A DNA stretch of 53,404 nt from Chloroflexota bacterium (GTDB lineage: Bacteria > Chloroflexota > UBA6077 > JACCZL01). Position 1 is the stretch's first letter. The number at the start of each line of letters is the position of its first letter. The stretch spans positions 1-53,404 of the forward strand of contig JBJXFJ010000019.1 in the NCBI GenBank assembly GCA_046154735.1. Direction: 5' to 3'. The position numbers and the translations under genes are program-made. This document shows positions 37,911 to 47,646 of the stretch, piece after piece. The notes under the pieces were generated by a model. The model saw only the letters and a program-made list of their open reading frames with translations, ran no database searches and was not told the origin of the DNA.

Positions 37911-37958
37911 GTCCGGGCAACCAACTCCACTCATCTGAGCTGGAATGGTTGCCCGGAC
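37911..37958. other. Intergenic stem-loop (possible RNA stability or termination element)
   Basis: GTCCGGGCAACCA..TGGTTGCCCGGAC perfect 13-bp inverted repeat. Confidence 0.5.
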
Positions 37959-38054
37959 TAGTGTGTCTCGATTATTTTCCGTGATGAGTTGATGGCCGGC
38001 GAAGTTGCTGGTAAACACAGAGAAGTGGCGGACAACGGCCGCCAGGAGTTGGGC

Positions 38055-39167
38055 ATGTCCGCGGTCTCATTCCGTGACGTGGTGAAATTGTTCAGCGACG
38101 GCTCGGTCACAGCCGTCGATAGGGTCTCGTTCGATGTCGAGGAAGGCGAGCTTCTCGTCCTGCTCGGTCCCAGTGGCTGTGGCAAAACGACATCTCTGCG
38201 CATGATGGCCGGCCTTGAAGAGCCGGATGCTGGTGACGTGACGATTGGTGAGCGCACCGTCAGCTCAGCGGCTCGGAACATATTTATTCCAACCGAGAAG
38301 CGGAATCTGGGCATGGTGTTTCAGAGCTACGCGATCTGGCCACATATGACCGTCTTTGAGAACGTGGCGTATCCACTCAAAGTACGCGGCGTATCCAAAA
38401 AGACCATTGCCGAAAAGGTCAGTGCAACGCTGGCACTGATTGGCCTTGATGGGTACGAAAATCGCCCGGCACCAGCGCTCTCAGGGGGGCAGCAGCAGCG
38501 TGTGGCACTTGCCCGAGCGCTCGTCTTTGAGCCACGCATTCTGCTGTTGGACGAACCGCTCTCAAATCTTGACGCGAAGCTGCGCGTTCATATGCGCGCG
38601 GAGCTCAAGCAGCTCCAGCGTAAGACGGGTATTACCAGTGTATTTGTGACCCACGATCAGGCGGAGAGCATGTCGCTTGCCGACCGCATCATTGTGATGA
38701 ACAAGGGACACGTTGAGCAGATTGGAACGCCGCAAGAAATCTACGAAAAGCCGCGAAGCCATTTCGTCAGTGAGTTCGTCGGGTCAATTAACATGCTCCC
38801 GGCCGAGGTCCGTGAGGTAAGCGATGCTGAATCCCTGGTCCTCACCGTGGACTGGTCGGAAGATGGCGTGCGCTGCATGTCACCCGAAGCGGGCGAGTTC
38901 CGCGCGTCACAAACGGTGTTTGCATCGATTCGCCCGGAGCGCCTGCGGCTTGCACGTGAACGCCCGAACGGTGGCAGCAATGCGTGGGAGTGTGCCGTAG
39001 CGTCGGCTTCATATTTCGGAGATCATTGGGAATATGTTGTGACGGCTCGAGATCGGGAGATCTCAGTGGTGGCCGGGCACGATGTGCGAGCGTCCGTGGG
39101 CGACCGCGTGTTCGTTTCCGTTGATCCTGCTGATGTCGTGTTACTTCCCCGGGAGGCTGTCTCATGA
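38055..39167 (+). CDS. ABC transporter ATP-binding protein (paralog of 33328-34431)
   Basis: GPSGCGKTT, MVFQSYAIWPHM, LSGGQQQR, FVTHDQ; ATG after SD AGGAG. Confidence 0.93.
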   Translation: MSAVSFRDVVKLFSDGSVTAVDRVSFDVEEGELLVLLGPSGCGKTTSLRMMAGLEEPDAGDVTIGERTVSSAARNIFIPTEKRNLGMVFQSYAIWPHMTVFENVAYPLKVRGVSKKTIAEKVSATLALIGLDGYENRPAPALSGGQQQRVALARALVFEPRILLLDEPLSNLDAKLRVHMRAELKQLQRKTGITSVFVTHDQAESMSLADRIIVMNKGHVEQIGTPQEIYEKPRSHFVSEFVGSINMLPAEVREVSDAESLVLTVDWSEDGVRCMSPEAGEFRASQTVFASIRPERLRLARERPNGGSNAWECAVASASYFGDHWEYVVTARDREISVVAGHDVRASVGDRVFVSVDPADVVLLPREAVS

Positions 39168-40927
39168 GCGTTGCTATTGAGGCGAGTATGGATCGAGCCG
39201 AGGCGATCGAGCTCGCGCGAAAAACGCAGCGCCGCCGTCGCTTTCGCCTGACACCTGGATTCATTGCCCAGTCGGCCATCATGGTGTTTGTGGGGCTGCT
39301 GGTCCTCTTCCCGCTGTCCATGCTTCTGTTTGGCAGTTTCTGGACGGCGCGTCCCGGGTTTGATGGCTCGCTCACGCTCGATCACTATATCCGCGCGTAC
39401 TCCGACCCTAGCACCTACAGGGTCTTTGGCACGACTCTTCTTCTTATGGGCATAAAAACGATTCTGGCAGTGGTCTTCGCGGTCTCCATGGCCTGGATTG
39501 TGACGCGCACCGATACGCCATTTCGGGGCACCCTTGAAGTGCTGCTCACCGTGCCGATTTTCATTCCGGGGCTCCTAGAGGCCATTGGCTGGATCTTGCT
39601 CCTGAGCCCGAATACCGGGGTCATCAATGTCTTCCTGCGAAACCTCCTGGGACTGAGCGAGTCGCCATTCAACATCTACAGTCTGGGCGGAATGGTCTGG
39701 GTGCTTTCGCTTGGCTCAACATCATTCATCTTTCTGTTAATGGTGAACGCTCTCCGTAATATGGATGCATCTCTTGAGGAGTCTTCGCGTGCATCTGGCG
39801 CGGGCCCCATCAGAACCGCCATCAGCGTCACCATGCCGCTCATGGCGCCAGCCATTCTTGGTGCTGGGATGCTGAGTTTTATCCGGGCGATGGAGAGCTT
39901 TGAAGTCCCCGTGCTCCTTGGCTTACCAGCCAAGGTCTACGTATTCTCGAACCGCATTTACGCGGCAGTCCAATATGACTACCCCGTCAATTACGGCCTG
40001 GCCACGTCGCTGGGCGTCAGTTTTGTGGCCCTCACATTCGGCTTGATCATGCTTCAGAACAAACTCCTCGGGGGCAAAGAATTCTTTGTTGTCACCGGTA
40101 AAGGCTATAAGCCACAAATTGCGCGGCTTGGCCCTTGGAAGTACGTGACCTTCGCCGTGTGCTTTGGATTCTTCGCCATCTCAACGGGACTGCCACTTTC
40201 ACAGCTCCTGATCACATCCGTCATGCCCAATCTCTCAGTGGTCAGTTTCAGTGAGATCACGTTCAAGAACTATTTCCAAATACTGGCTGATGCCATTCTC
40301 TGGCGGAGCTTCATCAACACGATGCTTGTGTGTGGAGGATCAGCGCTGCTGGCGGTGACCCTCTGTACCGTCATTGCCTACATTAGTTCGCGTACCACTT
40401 ACCCGGGACGGAAAATTCTGGACACTATCACCTGGTTGCCCTGGGCCATTCCCGGTGTTGTCGCGGGGCTGGGCATGCTCTGGGCATATATCAGTATTCC
40501 GGGCCTAAAGGATTTGTATGGCTCAATCTGGCTGCTTGTCTTGGTGTTCCTGACGACCGGTTTGCCGCTTGGTGTACGGCTGATGACTGGTGTCATGGTT
40601 CAGCTTGGAAAAGAGCTTGAGGAAAGCTCCAGAGTACTCGGTGCTGGGTGGGCGCGTACATTCTGGACGATCGTGCTGCCACTCTTGAAACCCGCGTTTG
40701 CTGGCGCATTCTTATTGCTCTTCATTGGTTTCTCGCGCGCGGTGAGCTCAACCATCTTGTTCACCGGGCCGGGCGTGGAGCTACTCGCCGTCACACTGTT
40801 TAGTTACAGCCAGGCGGGGCGTCTGGAAACAGTGGCGGCTCTGGCCATGGTACTACTGGTCATTAACGGGACGGGGCTCATCATAGCTCGACGCCTGGGT
40901 GCGTTTGGGCGTGGCGCCTCAGTTTAG
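39164..40927 (+). CDS. ABC transporter permease, fused two-domain FbpB-like
   Basis: LEESSRASGA and LEESSRVLGA EAA loops, TGKGYKP; 4-nt overlap with the ATPase. Confidence 0.9.
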   Translation: MSVAIEASMDRAEAIELARKTQRRRRFRLTPGFIAQSAIMVFVGLLVLFPLSMLLFGSFWTARPGFDGSLTLDHYIRAYSDPSTYRVFGTTLLLMGIKTILAVVFAVSMAWIVTRTDTPFRGTLEVLLTVPIFIPGLLEAIGWILLLSPNTGVINVFLRNLLGLSESPFNIYSLGGMVWVLSLGSTSFIFLLMVNALRNMDASLEESSRASGAGPIRTAISVTMPLMAPAILGAGMLSFIRAMESFEVPVLLGLPAKVYVFSNRIYAAVQYDYPVNYGLATSLGVSFVALTFGLIMLQNKLLGGKEFFVVTGKGYKPQIARLGPWKYVTFAVCFGFFAISTGLPLSQLLITSVMPNLSVVSFSEITFKNYFQILADAILWRSFINTMLVCGGSALLAVTLCTVIAYISSRTTYPGRKILDTITWLPWAIPGVVAGLGMLWAYISIPGLKDLYGSIWLLVLVFLTTGLPLGVRLMTGVMVQLGKELEESSRVLGAGWARTFWTIVLPLLKPAFAGAFLLLFIGFSRAVSSTILFTGPGVELLAVTLFSYSQAGRLETVAALAMVLLVINGTGLIIARRLGAFGRGASV

Positions 40928-40966
40928 GTAGCGGGACAGTCTCGCGCAATCAACGTAGGAGGAACG

Positions 40967-42172
40967 ATGATCCCATTGTTAACTCGACCGGCTGCACTCG
41001 TGGCCGCATTTGCCATGGTCTTAATGGCATGTACCCCGCCACTTGCCGCAACACCGACGAGTGCGCCTGCGAAGCCCACCGAGGCGGCGAAGCCCGCGGG
41101 AGCCGCGTCTCCAGCGGCCGGTGGAGCGGTAGCTTCACCAGGCGCCGCGGCATCCCCGGCTGCGGCAGGCGGCGCGAGCCAGCCCGCCAGTTCTGGTGGT
41201 ATGGAGCCTGGAATCGCGGCTGCTTCGGCAATGTACCTGGAAGCCGCCAAGAGGGAGGGCAAACTGGTCATCTACGGGTCCGGTTCACGGGAACAATTTG
41301 AACCCGTGAAGGCAGCTTTCATGCAGCGTTTCCCCGGAATTGAAGTTGAGGGTGTGGACCAGCGTGGTCGTGAAAGCCGAGAGAAGGTTTTCGCTGAGCA
41401 GCGCGGCCGAAACTTCGTCGCGGATATCGTGATCTCCGGGTTCACGACGCAGAACGAGCTGCGTGAAGCGGGCTTCGTTGACAAATATGAGTCGCCACAG
41501 ATCGGCGAAGTCGTGCCGGAGCTCGCAACGGCCGCGGGAGACCTTATCTCCCGTTCCGTCACCATCTTCACCATCATGGCCAATACCAATCTGGTCCCAC
41601 CCGATCAGGAGCCGAAAGTATGGAATGACGTGCTGGATCCAAAGTGGCGTGGCAAAATCGCCATGGATGATCCGCGCGGGAGTGGCCCTGGGGGCACCAT
41701 CCTCGGACCTCTTGAGTTACTTTACGGTTTGGATTGGTCCAAGAAACTTGCAGATCAACGTCCATTTTTCGCCACCACGGATGGACCGTTGGTCACCGGC
41801 ACCGTCCGTGGAGAGTACGCGCTGTTCCTCTCATCTAATCATGCGGAGGTCATTAATCAGCGCAAGGCCGGTGCGCCAGTGAAGCAGATTCGACCGGCAG
41901 ATGGTGTGGGCGTCACGCAAATCAGCCAAGCATTGATCAAGGGCGCACCACATCCAAACGCGGCGAAGCTCTGGATTGAATGGAATCTGAGTGAGGAAGG
42001 CCAGAAGTCCATCGCTTCGGTAGGCCTCGGACCGGTGCGCAAGGGCGTCAAAGCCGGTGAACCGGAAGCCAGCCTCGAGGGCGCCAAGATTCTCCCGCGC
42101 GACGATACGCCAGAAGCGTTCACGCAGCTAGGCGACCGTGTCAAGCGCTGGGAAGAATCACTCTTTCGATAA
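40967..42172 (+). CDS. ABC substrate-binding lipoprotein (Fe3+/polyamine/thiamine-type)
   Basis: Lipobox LMAC, Pro/Ala-rich linker, AKREGKLVIY, DVLDPKWRGKI, APHPNAAKLWIEW.LSEEGQ. Confidence 0.9.
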   Translation: MIPLLTRPAALVAAFAMVLMACTPPLAATPTSAPAKPTEAAKPAGAASPAAGGAVASPGAAASPAAAGGASQPASSGGMEPGIAAASAMYLEAAKREGKLVIYGSGSREQFEPVKAAFMQRFPGIEVEGVDQRGRESREKVFAEQRGRNFVADIVISGFTTQNELREAGFVDKYESPQIGEVVPELATAAGDLISRSVTIFTIMANTNLVPPDQEPKVWNDVLDPKWRGKIAMDDPRGSGPGGTILGPLELLYGLDWSKKLADQRPFFATTDGPLVTGTVRGEYALFLSSNHAEVINQRKAGAPVKQIRPADGVGVTQISQALIKGAPHPNAAKLWIEWNLSEEGQKSIASVGLGPVRKGVKAGEPEASLEGAKILPRDDTPEAFTQLGDRVKRWEESLFR

Positions 42173-42267
42173 CAATTTGGCGTAGTTCAGGCGGGCGCTC
42201 ATGAGGGCGCTCGCCACGGTTCTCCCAGTTCGCGCTAGGTATCCCACCAGGCTTCGGGGGTGACATC

Positions 42268-43479
42268 ATGGCATTGGGTCGACGTTCCTTTCCGGTTATC
42301 GTGGCATTGACAGTGGGGCTTATGGCCTGTAGTCCGCCTATGGCGGCGACGCCCACAACAGCGCCATCGAAACCCGCGGATACGGCCAAACCAGCGGCAA
42401 ATGCCTCACCAGCCGCGGAGAAACCCGCTGCAGCCGGCTCACCCGCCACGGCCGCGTCACCAGCGGCGAAGCCTGCTGCCAGTGGAGCGGCGACCTCTTC
42501 TGGAGCCATGGAGCCGGCGCTTGCATCCGTGGCGCAGCAGTTTTACGACCAGGCCAAAGTGGAAGGGAAGCTCATTATCTATGGTGCCGGCGATCGCGAA
42601 CAGTTTGATCCCGCGAGAACCGCCTTCATGCAGCGATTCCCTGGTATTGAAGTAGATGGCGTTGATCAACGCGGACGTGAGAGCCGAGAGAAGGTCTTCG
42701 CCGAGCAACGGGGCCGCAACTACGTTGCAGATATTGTCCAATCTGGGTTTACCACCCAGAACGAGCTCATCGAAGCCGGATTCGTCGAACCCTATAAGTC
42801 GGTTCAGGTCGACCAGATCATCCCGGAGCTGGCAACCGCGGCTGGCAGCCTCAATTCCCGAACAATGAGCGTCTTCTCGATCATGGTGAACACCAATCTG
42901 GTGCCTCCTGATCAGGAGCCAAAGTCCTGGAACGATGTACTGGACCCGAAGTGGCGCGGTAAAATTGCTATGGACGATCCTCGGGGCAGCGGACCGGGTG
43001 GCACGATCCTCAGTCCAATGGAGCTACTTTACGGTCTCGATTGGTCACAGAAGCTGGCTGAACAGCGACCATTCTTCGCAACCCAGGCCGGTCCACTGGT
43101 GGTTGGTACAGTGCGGGGCGAATACGCGCTATTCCTGTCGGCAAGTGCACCCGACATCATCAATCAACGCAAGGCGGGGGCCCCGGTAAAGCAGGTGCGT
43201 CCAATCGAAGGCATTGGCATTACCCAGAACAGCATGGCGCTTATAAAGAATGCTCCACACTCCAATGCCGCCAAGCTCTGGATCGAGTGGAACCTTTCAG
43301 AAGAAGGGCAGAAAGTGCTCGCTGCCTCCGGGCAGGCTCCTGTCCGTAAAGCCGTCCCTGGTGCGGAACCGGAGGCAACCCTGGGATCAACAAAGATCTT
43401 GCCGCGTGATGACACACCAGAAGCCGTTGCCGCGCTGGGCGACCGCGTGAAGCGCTGGCAGGACACGCTCTTCAAGTAA
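42268..43479 (+). CDS. ABC substrate-binding lipoprotein, tandem paralog
   Basis: Lipobox LMAC; long stretches identical to the upstream SBP (e.g. GVDQRGRESREKVFAEQRGRN, DVLDPKWRGKIAMDDPRGSGPGGTIL). Confidence 0.9.
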   Translation: MALGRRSFPVIVALTVGLMACSPPMAATPTTAPSKPADTAKPAANASPAAEKPAAAGSPATAASPAAKPAASGAATSSGAMEPALASVAQQFYDQAKVEGKLIIYGAGDREQFDPARTAFMQRFPGIEVDGVDQRGRESREKVFAEQRGRNYVADIVQSGFTTQNELIEAGFVEPYKSVQVDQIIPELATAAGSLNSRTMSVFSIMVNTNLVPPDQEPKSWNDVLDPKWRGKIAMDDPRGSGPGGTILSPMELLYGLDWSQKLAEQRPFFATQAGPLVVGTVRGEYALFLSASAPDIINQRKAGAPVKQVRPIEGIGITQNSMALIKNAPHSNAAKLWIEWNLSEEGQKVLAASGQAPVRKAVPGAEPEATLGSTKILPRDDTPEAVAALGDRVKRWQDTLFK

Positions 43480-43559
43480 AATCGGATCGCCAACGAAGCC
43501 GCCGCGAGAATCGCGGCGGCTCAGCATTTGTCGCTAATCTCACGCAGAGGGAGTCTCTT

Positions 43560-44618
43560 TTGGCACTGGAACAGGAACGAACGCAGACACAGTCCCAGGA
43601 ACGGACCGATACGAAGGTCCATATCTATAAGGATCATTACGAGAAAGAACGTATTTATGTCAAGCAAGTTGGCAGCATGCGCTACACTCTCACCGAAGAG
43701 CGGCGCGAGCGCATGCAGACCGTGCCGCGTGTTTTCACTCCCTCATTGGGCGAAGGCACAAGTGAGAACTGGAAAATCATCGATCCAGGGGATGAGATCT
43801 TCCGCACGCAGAGCCTGCATGTTCACTTCGTCACGGTCCAGCCAAACGGTCGCAATGACGGACACGGACATCAGAATGAAGCGCTGTTCTATGTGCTTCA
43901 GGGCCGCGGATTCGAGATTCACGATGGTAAGCGCTATGACTGGGAAGCCGGCGATTGTGTAGCCGTGCACAACGATAGCGTGCACTGGCACAACAACCCC
44001 GATCCCGTGGAACGTGCGATTTGCCTGGTCATGAAGCCGAAGCCGTTGGCCCTGTTCCTAGGACTCTGGCAGCAGGGAAAAATCGGCACAAAGCCAGCCG
44101 ATGACGAGAACTGGGAAGCACCCATGGAGTGGCTGGCCGCCCGGCCAGAAGGCGACGAGCTTATTCCAAAGGTGATGAAGGCCGACGGAACGCCATGGGA
44201 GTGGACGCCGCTGGGCCACGTGCGCCAGCTTGCTGGTACAGGCGTGCCGCTGCGGATTAAGGGGGTAGATGCATACCTGCAGGAAATTCCCGGTGGGAGC
44301 CGCTCCGGCAAGCGTTGGCAGATTGCAGACGAGGCGGTCTTTGTTCTGGAGGGCGAGGGCTATGATCTCCACTGGGATGTGGAAGCCCAAATCGACGATA
44401 AGTTCTACGCCCGAGTTGCCAAGAAACCAACGCGCTGGGAGTGGAAGAAGGGCGACGTCATCTGGGTGCCTCAGAACCAGGTGATTCAGCGCTTCAATTC
44501 CGACCCGTCAAAGCCCGCAAAAATCATCGCCTCACAAAATGGCATGTTCAAGCATCTCGGATATTCACGAGCGGTGTACTTCGAGAATGCACCGGAGTAT
44601 GACGTTCAGGCGAAGTAA
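43560..44618 (+). CDS. Bicupin protein (gentisate 1,2-dioxygenase-like architecture)
   Basis: HGHQNEALFYVLQGRG...WEAGD...VHWHNN, then a second cupin repeat VLEGEG...WKKGD..VP; TTG start after SD GAGGGAG. Confidence 0.8.
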   Translation: MALEQERTQTQSQERTDTKVHIYKDHYEKERIYVKQVGSMRYTLTEERRERMQTVPRVFTPSLGEGTSENWKIIDPGDEIFRTQSLHVHFVTVQPNGRNDGHGHQNEALFYVLQGRGFEIHDGKRYDWEAGDCVAVHNDSVHWHNNPDPVERAICLVMKPKPLALFLGLWQQGKIGTKPADDENWEAPMEWLAARPEGDELIPKVMKADGTPWEWTPLGHVRQLAGTGVPLRIKGVDAYLQEIPGGSRSGKRWQIADEAVFVLEGEGYDLHWDVEAQIDDKFYARVAKKPTRWEWKKGDVIWVPQNQVIQRFNSDPSKPAKIIASQNGMFKHLGYSRAVYFENAPEYDVQAK

Positions 44619-44637
44619 TTCACTTACACGCAAGAAA

Positions 44638-44683
44638 GAAAAAGTTCCGCCTCAGAGAGTAGTGAGGTGGAACTTTTTTTCTA
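44638..44683 (+). terminator. Strong (bidirectional) intrinsic terminator
   Basis: AGAAAAAGTTCCGCCTCA..TGAGGTGGAACTTTTTTTCT. Confidence 0.85.
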
Positions 44684-44751
44684 TTGCTTGTGAATATGGC
44701 CGGTACGGAATCTTTACCCGCTAAAAATCAGGCACCCTAGCTCCGCGTTAG

Positions 44752-45120
44752 CCCGGATTAATCACCGGAGTTTGGGGGAGGTGGATGTGGCCGCATGGGG
44801 CGTTCCGTCCAAGCGCATCAGCGACAGAGGGCAACTCTCCGAGCCACCCGGGCGAATGCCTCCTGACCGGTGCATCATTCGGGTGAGCCGCGGCTCCCGG
44901 TAGCGCGGCGGTCTCGTGCCCCGCGCCCCGGGATGCTCGCAACCCGAGCGGCTGCCTGTCATTGATGATTCCTGGGGCGCGGGGCACGAGACCGCCGCGC
45001 TACCGGGAGCCGCCCCTCGACGCGCGCGTTCCGTCACTCCGCATCTGAACGCAGCACCGGCCCAGGGAGCCCTCCGAGCCACCAGGTCGAACATGCCACA
45101 TGCCCGGTGAATCATCCGGC
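44752..45120. mobile_element. MITE-like non-autonomous element or composite (369 bp)
   Basis: Termini CCCGGATTAATCACCGG and CCGGTGAATCATCCGGC are inverted repeats (14/17), flanked by TTAG at 44748-51 and 45121-24; a second right-end copy lies at 44867-44883. Confidence 0.55.
44890..45013. repeat. REPIN-like doublet with a perfect 40-bp inverted repeat
   Basis: 44890-44929 is the exact reverse complement of 44974-45013; each arm contains GTAG followed by the imperfect palindrome CGCGGCGG-TCTCGTG-CCCCGCG. Confidence 0.85.
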
Positions 45121-45123
45121 TTA

Positions 45124-45244
45124 GGGGGCGCGGGCATCCATGGCAGCCATGGCCGACGAGGCCGCTCCTCGGGTTTCCGGTCGCCGATTGGGATATCGCG
45201 TTGCGGCCCTGATGGGCCGGGCCGCCGGGGATGGCGGCGCTCCC
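45124..45244. repeat. Degenerate REPIN-like doublet
   Basis: GGGGGCGCGGGCATCC.. on the left versus GCCGCCGGGGATGGCGGCGCTCCC on the right (reverse complement GGGAGCGCCGCCATCCCCGGCGGC). Confidence 0.45.
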
Positions 45245-45273
45245 AGTGACGGGTAGCTGTTCAGGCCGTGAGT

Positions 45274-45344
45274 GATGTTCACCGCGGAAGCGGAGAGACG
45301 CAGAGATACACCGTCGTTTTCTCTGCGTCTCCGCGGAGAACATC
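45274..45344. repeat. Palindromic extragenic repeat of the CACCGC..GAGACGCAGAG/CTCTGCGTCTC type
   Basis: GATGTTCACCGCGGA..GAGACGCAGAGA pairs with TCTCTGCGTCTCCGCGGAGAACATC. Confidence 0.65.
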
Positions 45345-45404
45345 CCTCGTGACGTGAACCAATATCGCGATGCCTGCATGCTATCCTTCCCTGAGCCAAC
45401 TACC

Positions 45405-46586
45405 ATGGTGACACCGACCGAAACCAGGCAGCCGGAACGCGAGGACCTCACCACCGTCCTCAATCTCATCATGGTCAGCGCTGTTCAAATTCTTGAGGGC
45501 AGCGCGGGGGCTATTGCACTCTGGGAGCACCGCGTTCAGCGCTTCCTGCCTCAGGCCAGTTACGGCCTTGAGCCCATTGACGTCCAGCTCCTGCATCCGC
45601 GCCTTGATCGGACCATTCTTTCAATCCTCGGTCGCGCGGGTGAGAATCTCCCGCTCGTGCTCATCCCCAGTGACCTGCGCTGGCCGGGCCGGCACCGCCT
45701 GGAGCACATTCTGGCGCTGCCGCTCAGCCAGGGTCAGGATCTGGTGGGCGTCATCTACGTGTTTCGTCCGGAGTCTGCCCGGCAGTTCCAGGTGCGTGAT
45801 ATCCGACTGCTGGAGATCTTTGCTCAGCAGGCGGCTGCCGCCATTCAGTCGTCGCGCCTCGTCCAGGAAGCATCGCTTGAGCGACAGCGGCTTCAGGCCA
45901 TGCAGGAGAGCTTTGTAGGAATCGTAAGCCATGAGCTCCAAACGCCCATTGCCATCATCAAAGGCTACGCCAGCACGCTGGGCAATCCAGATGGGTCATG
46001 GCGGCCGGAAGTTGTTCGCAGAATTGCAGGTACCATCGAGGATGAATGCGGCCGGCTCCAGAGCCTGGTCACGGACTTGCTTGATATCTCGAGGATCCAG
46101 GCCGGCCGTGTGGCCATGGCCTTCTCGCATATTGACGCCGGCGAGCTCGTGAGTGACGCGGTCCAGGCCATGCGAGTGAAGTCGCCGGGGCGCAAAATTG
46201 ATCTTGCACTCGCGCCAAACCTGCCGCTTGTCCGCGCTGATGCAGACAAACTCAGGCGCGCAATTCAGAATCTCATTGACAATGCCATCAAGTATTCTCC
46301 AACGGAATCAGTTATCACGGTCAGCGTTCATACGCTTCAGAACGAGCTCTGCATCGCCGTGGCCGATCACGGAATTGGCGTGCCGGAAGAAGAGCAAGAG
46401 CAGATCTTTGAACGATTTCATCGGGTAGATACGAGCTTGAGCCGCACAACACCCGGTGTGGGATTGGGCCTGTTCATTGTGAAAGCCATCATTCATGCGC
46501 ACGGTGGCCGTACCTGGGTTGAATCAGCCGGCCCAGGCCGCGGCAGTATCTTCACCATGGCGCTCCCCCTGGACCGAGCAGTATGA
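45405..46586 (+). CDS. Cytoplasmic GAF-domain sensor histidine kinase
   Basis: GAF ([13 protein letters not shown]...[13 protein letters not shown]), [28 protein letters not shown]; start uncertain (45354/45378/45405). Confidence 0.92.
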   Translation: MVTPTETRQPEREDLTTVLNLIMVSAVQILEGSAGAIALWEHRVQRFLPQASYGLEPIDVQLLHPRLDRTILSILGRAGENLPLVLIPSDLRWPGRHRLEHILALPLSQGQDLVGVIYVFRPESARQFQVRDIRLLEIFAQQAAAAIQSSRLVQEASLERQRLQAMQESFVGIVSHELQTPIAIIKGYASTLGNPDGSWRPEVVRRIAGTIEDECGRLQSLVTDLLDISRIQAGRVAMAFSHIDAGELVSDAVQAMRVKSPGRKIDLALAPNLPLVRADADKLRRAIQNLIDNAIKYSPTESVITVSVHTLQNELCIAVADHGIGVPEEEQEQIFERFHRVDTSLSRTTPGVGLGLFIVKAIIHAHGGRTWVESAGPGRGSIFTMALPLDRAV

Positions 46587-47302
46587 AAGAACGACGCACC
46601 ATCTTATTGGTGGATGATCAGCCGCGGATTCTGGACTCTGTACGTATGAATCTTGAGCTTGAGGGATTCAGCGTGCTCGAAGCACAGAGTGGCGTTGAGG
46701 CGTTGGAAAAAGTGCGCACGCAGCTTCCAGACCTCGTGGTGATGGACGTCATGATGCCCGAGATGGACGGATTCGAAACGCTGCGTGAGCTACGCAAGTT
46801 CTCCACCATTCCCGTGATCATGCTCACCGTGAAGTCGGATGATCAAGACGTGATCCTGGGGCTCCAGCTTGGCGCCGACGACTACGTATCGAAACCGTTC
46901 AGTCAGCCGGTGCTGCTCAATCGCATCAAGGCCGTCCTGCGCCGAGCCGAGACAACACCAACTGCCCCTCGTGGTCCTATCCTCATTGACGATCGGCTCT
47001 CAATCGACCTCGAGCGCCATGAGGTCACGGTAGACGGGACCAAGGTCCAGCTCCGGCCCACGGAGTACCGCCTGCTGTTTCACCTGGCCAGCAACCCCGG
47101 CGTGCTCCTGTCTCACGAGACACTTCTCTCTCGAGTTTGGGGCCCGGAGTATCGAGATGCCAGTCACTACTTACGGCTCTACATCAACTATCTGCGACAG
47201 AAGCTCGAGCCCGATCCCGCCAATCCGCGCTACATCCTGACCGAGCGAGGTCTGGGTTACCGTTTCGTGGACTATCAGCGAGCGGCCAACACCGCCAACT
47301 GA
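46583..47302 (+). CDS. OmpR-family response regulator (KdpE-like)
   Basis: [48 protein letters not shown]. Confidence 0.95.
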   Translation: MKERRTILLVDDQPRILDSVRMNLELEGFSVLEAQSGVEALEKVRTQLPDLVVMDVMMPEMDGFETLRELRKFSTIPVIMLTVKSDDQDVILGLQLGADDYVSKPFSQPVLLNRIKAVLRRAETTPTAPRGPILIDDRLSIDLERHEVTVDGTKVQLRPTEYRLLFHLASNPGVLLSHETLLSRVWGPEYRDASHYLRLYINYLRQKLEPDPANPRYILTERGLGYRFVDYQRAANTAN

Positions 47303-47646
47303 GACCGCACACACTGCGCGGTCTGAATGGGGGGTGACACGGCTTCAGAGGTCAAGCGAAGCTTCGGCCGCGGCCCCGTCGAGATGAGTCGGGGGGAGTC
47401 CGTGGGAGTTAGCCACCAGGCTGCAGTACGCGGACGGGTGGGCGCGAGCGCGGCAGATCTGTGAACAGCATGACGGAGGGTGCCAAACACACCCGCCATC
47501 GGATCGGGTCGCGGTGCGTCTGTCCGATGGAATTCGCGTCGCCGCCCCGTCCACTGAGCTCACGGGGGGAGCTCAAGACAAAACGGCGGAATGCGTGGTA
47601 CAACGCAATCAGCACGCAATGATGTTGGGCGGTTCACCGGCAAGAG

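Noticed and set aside
44762-45472. 236-aa minus-strand ORF and small ORFs beginning MPRAPG on both strands
   Set aside because: Artefacts of GC-rich palindromic repeats; no transposase or other motifs
47303-47646. Several hairpins (CCATCGGA..TCCGATGG, TGAGCTC..GAGCTCA) and an 11-bp inverted match to 61-71
   Set aside because: Short, GC-rich and not clearly repeated; insufficient to call an ncRNA or repeat
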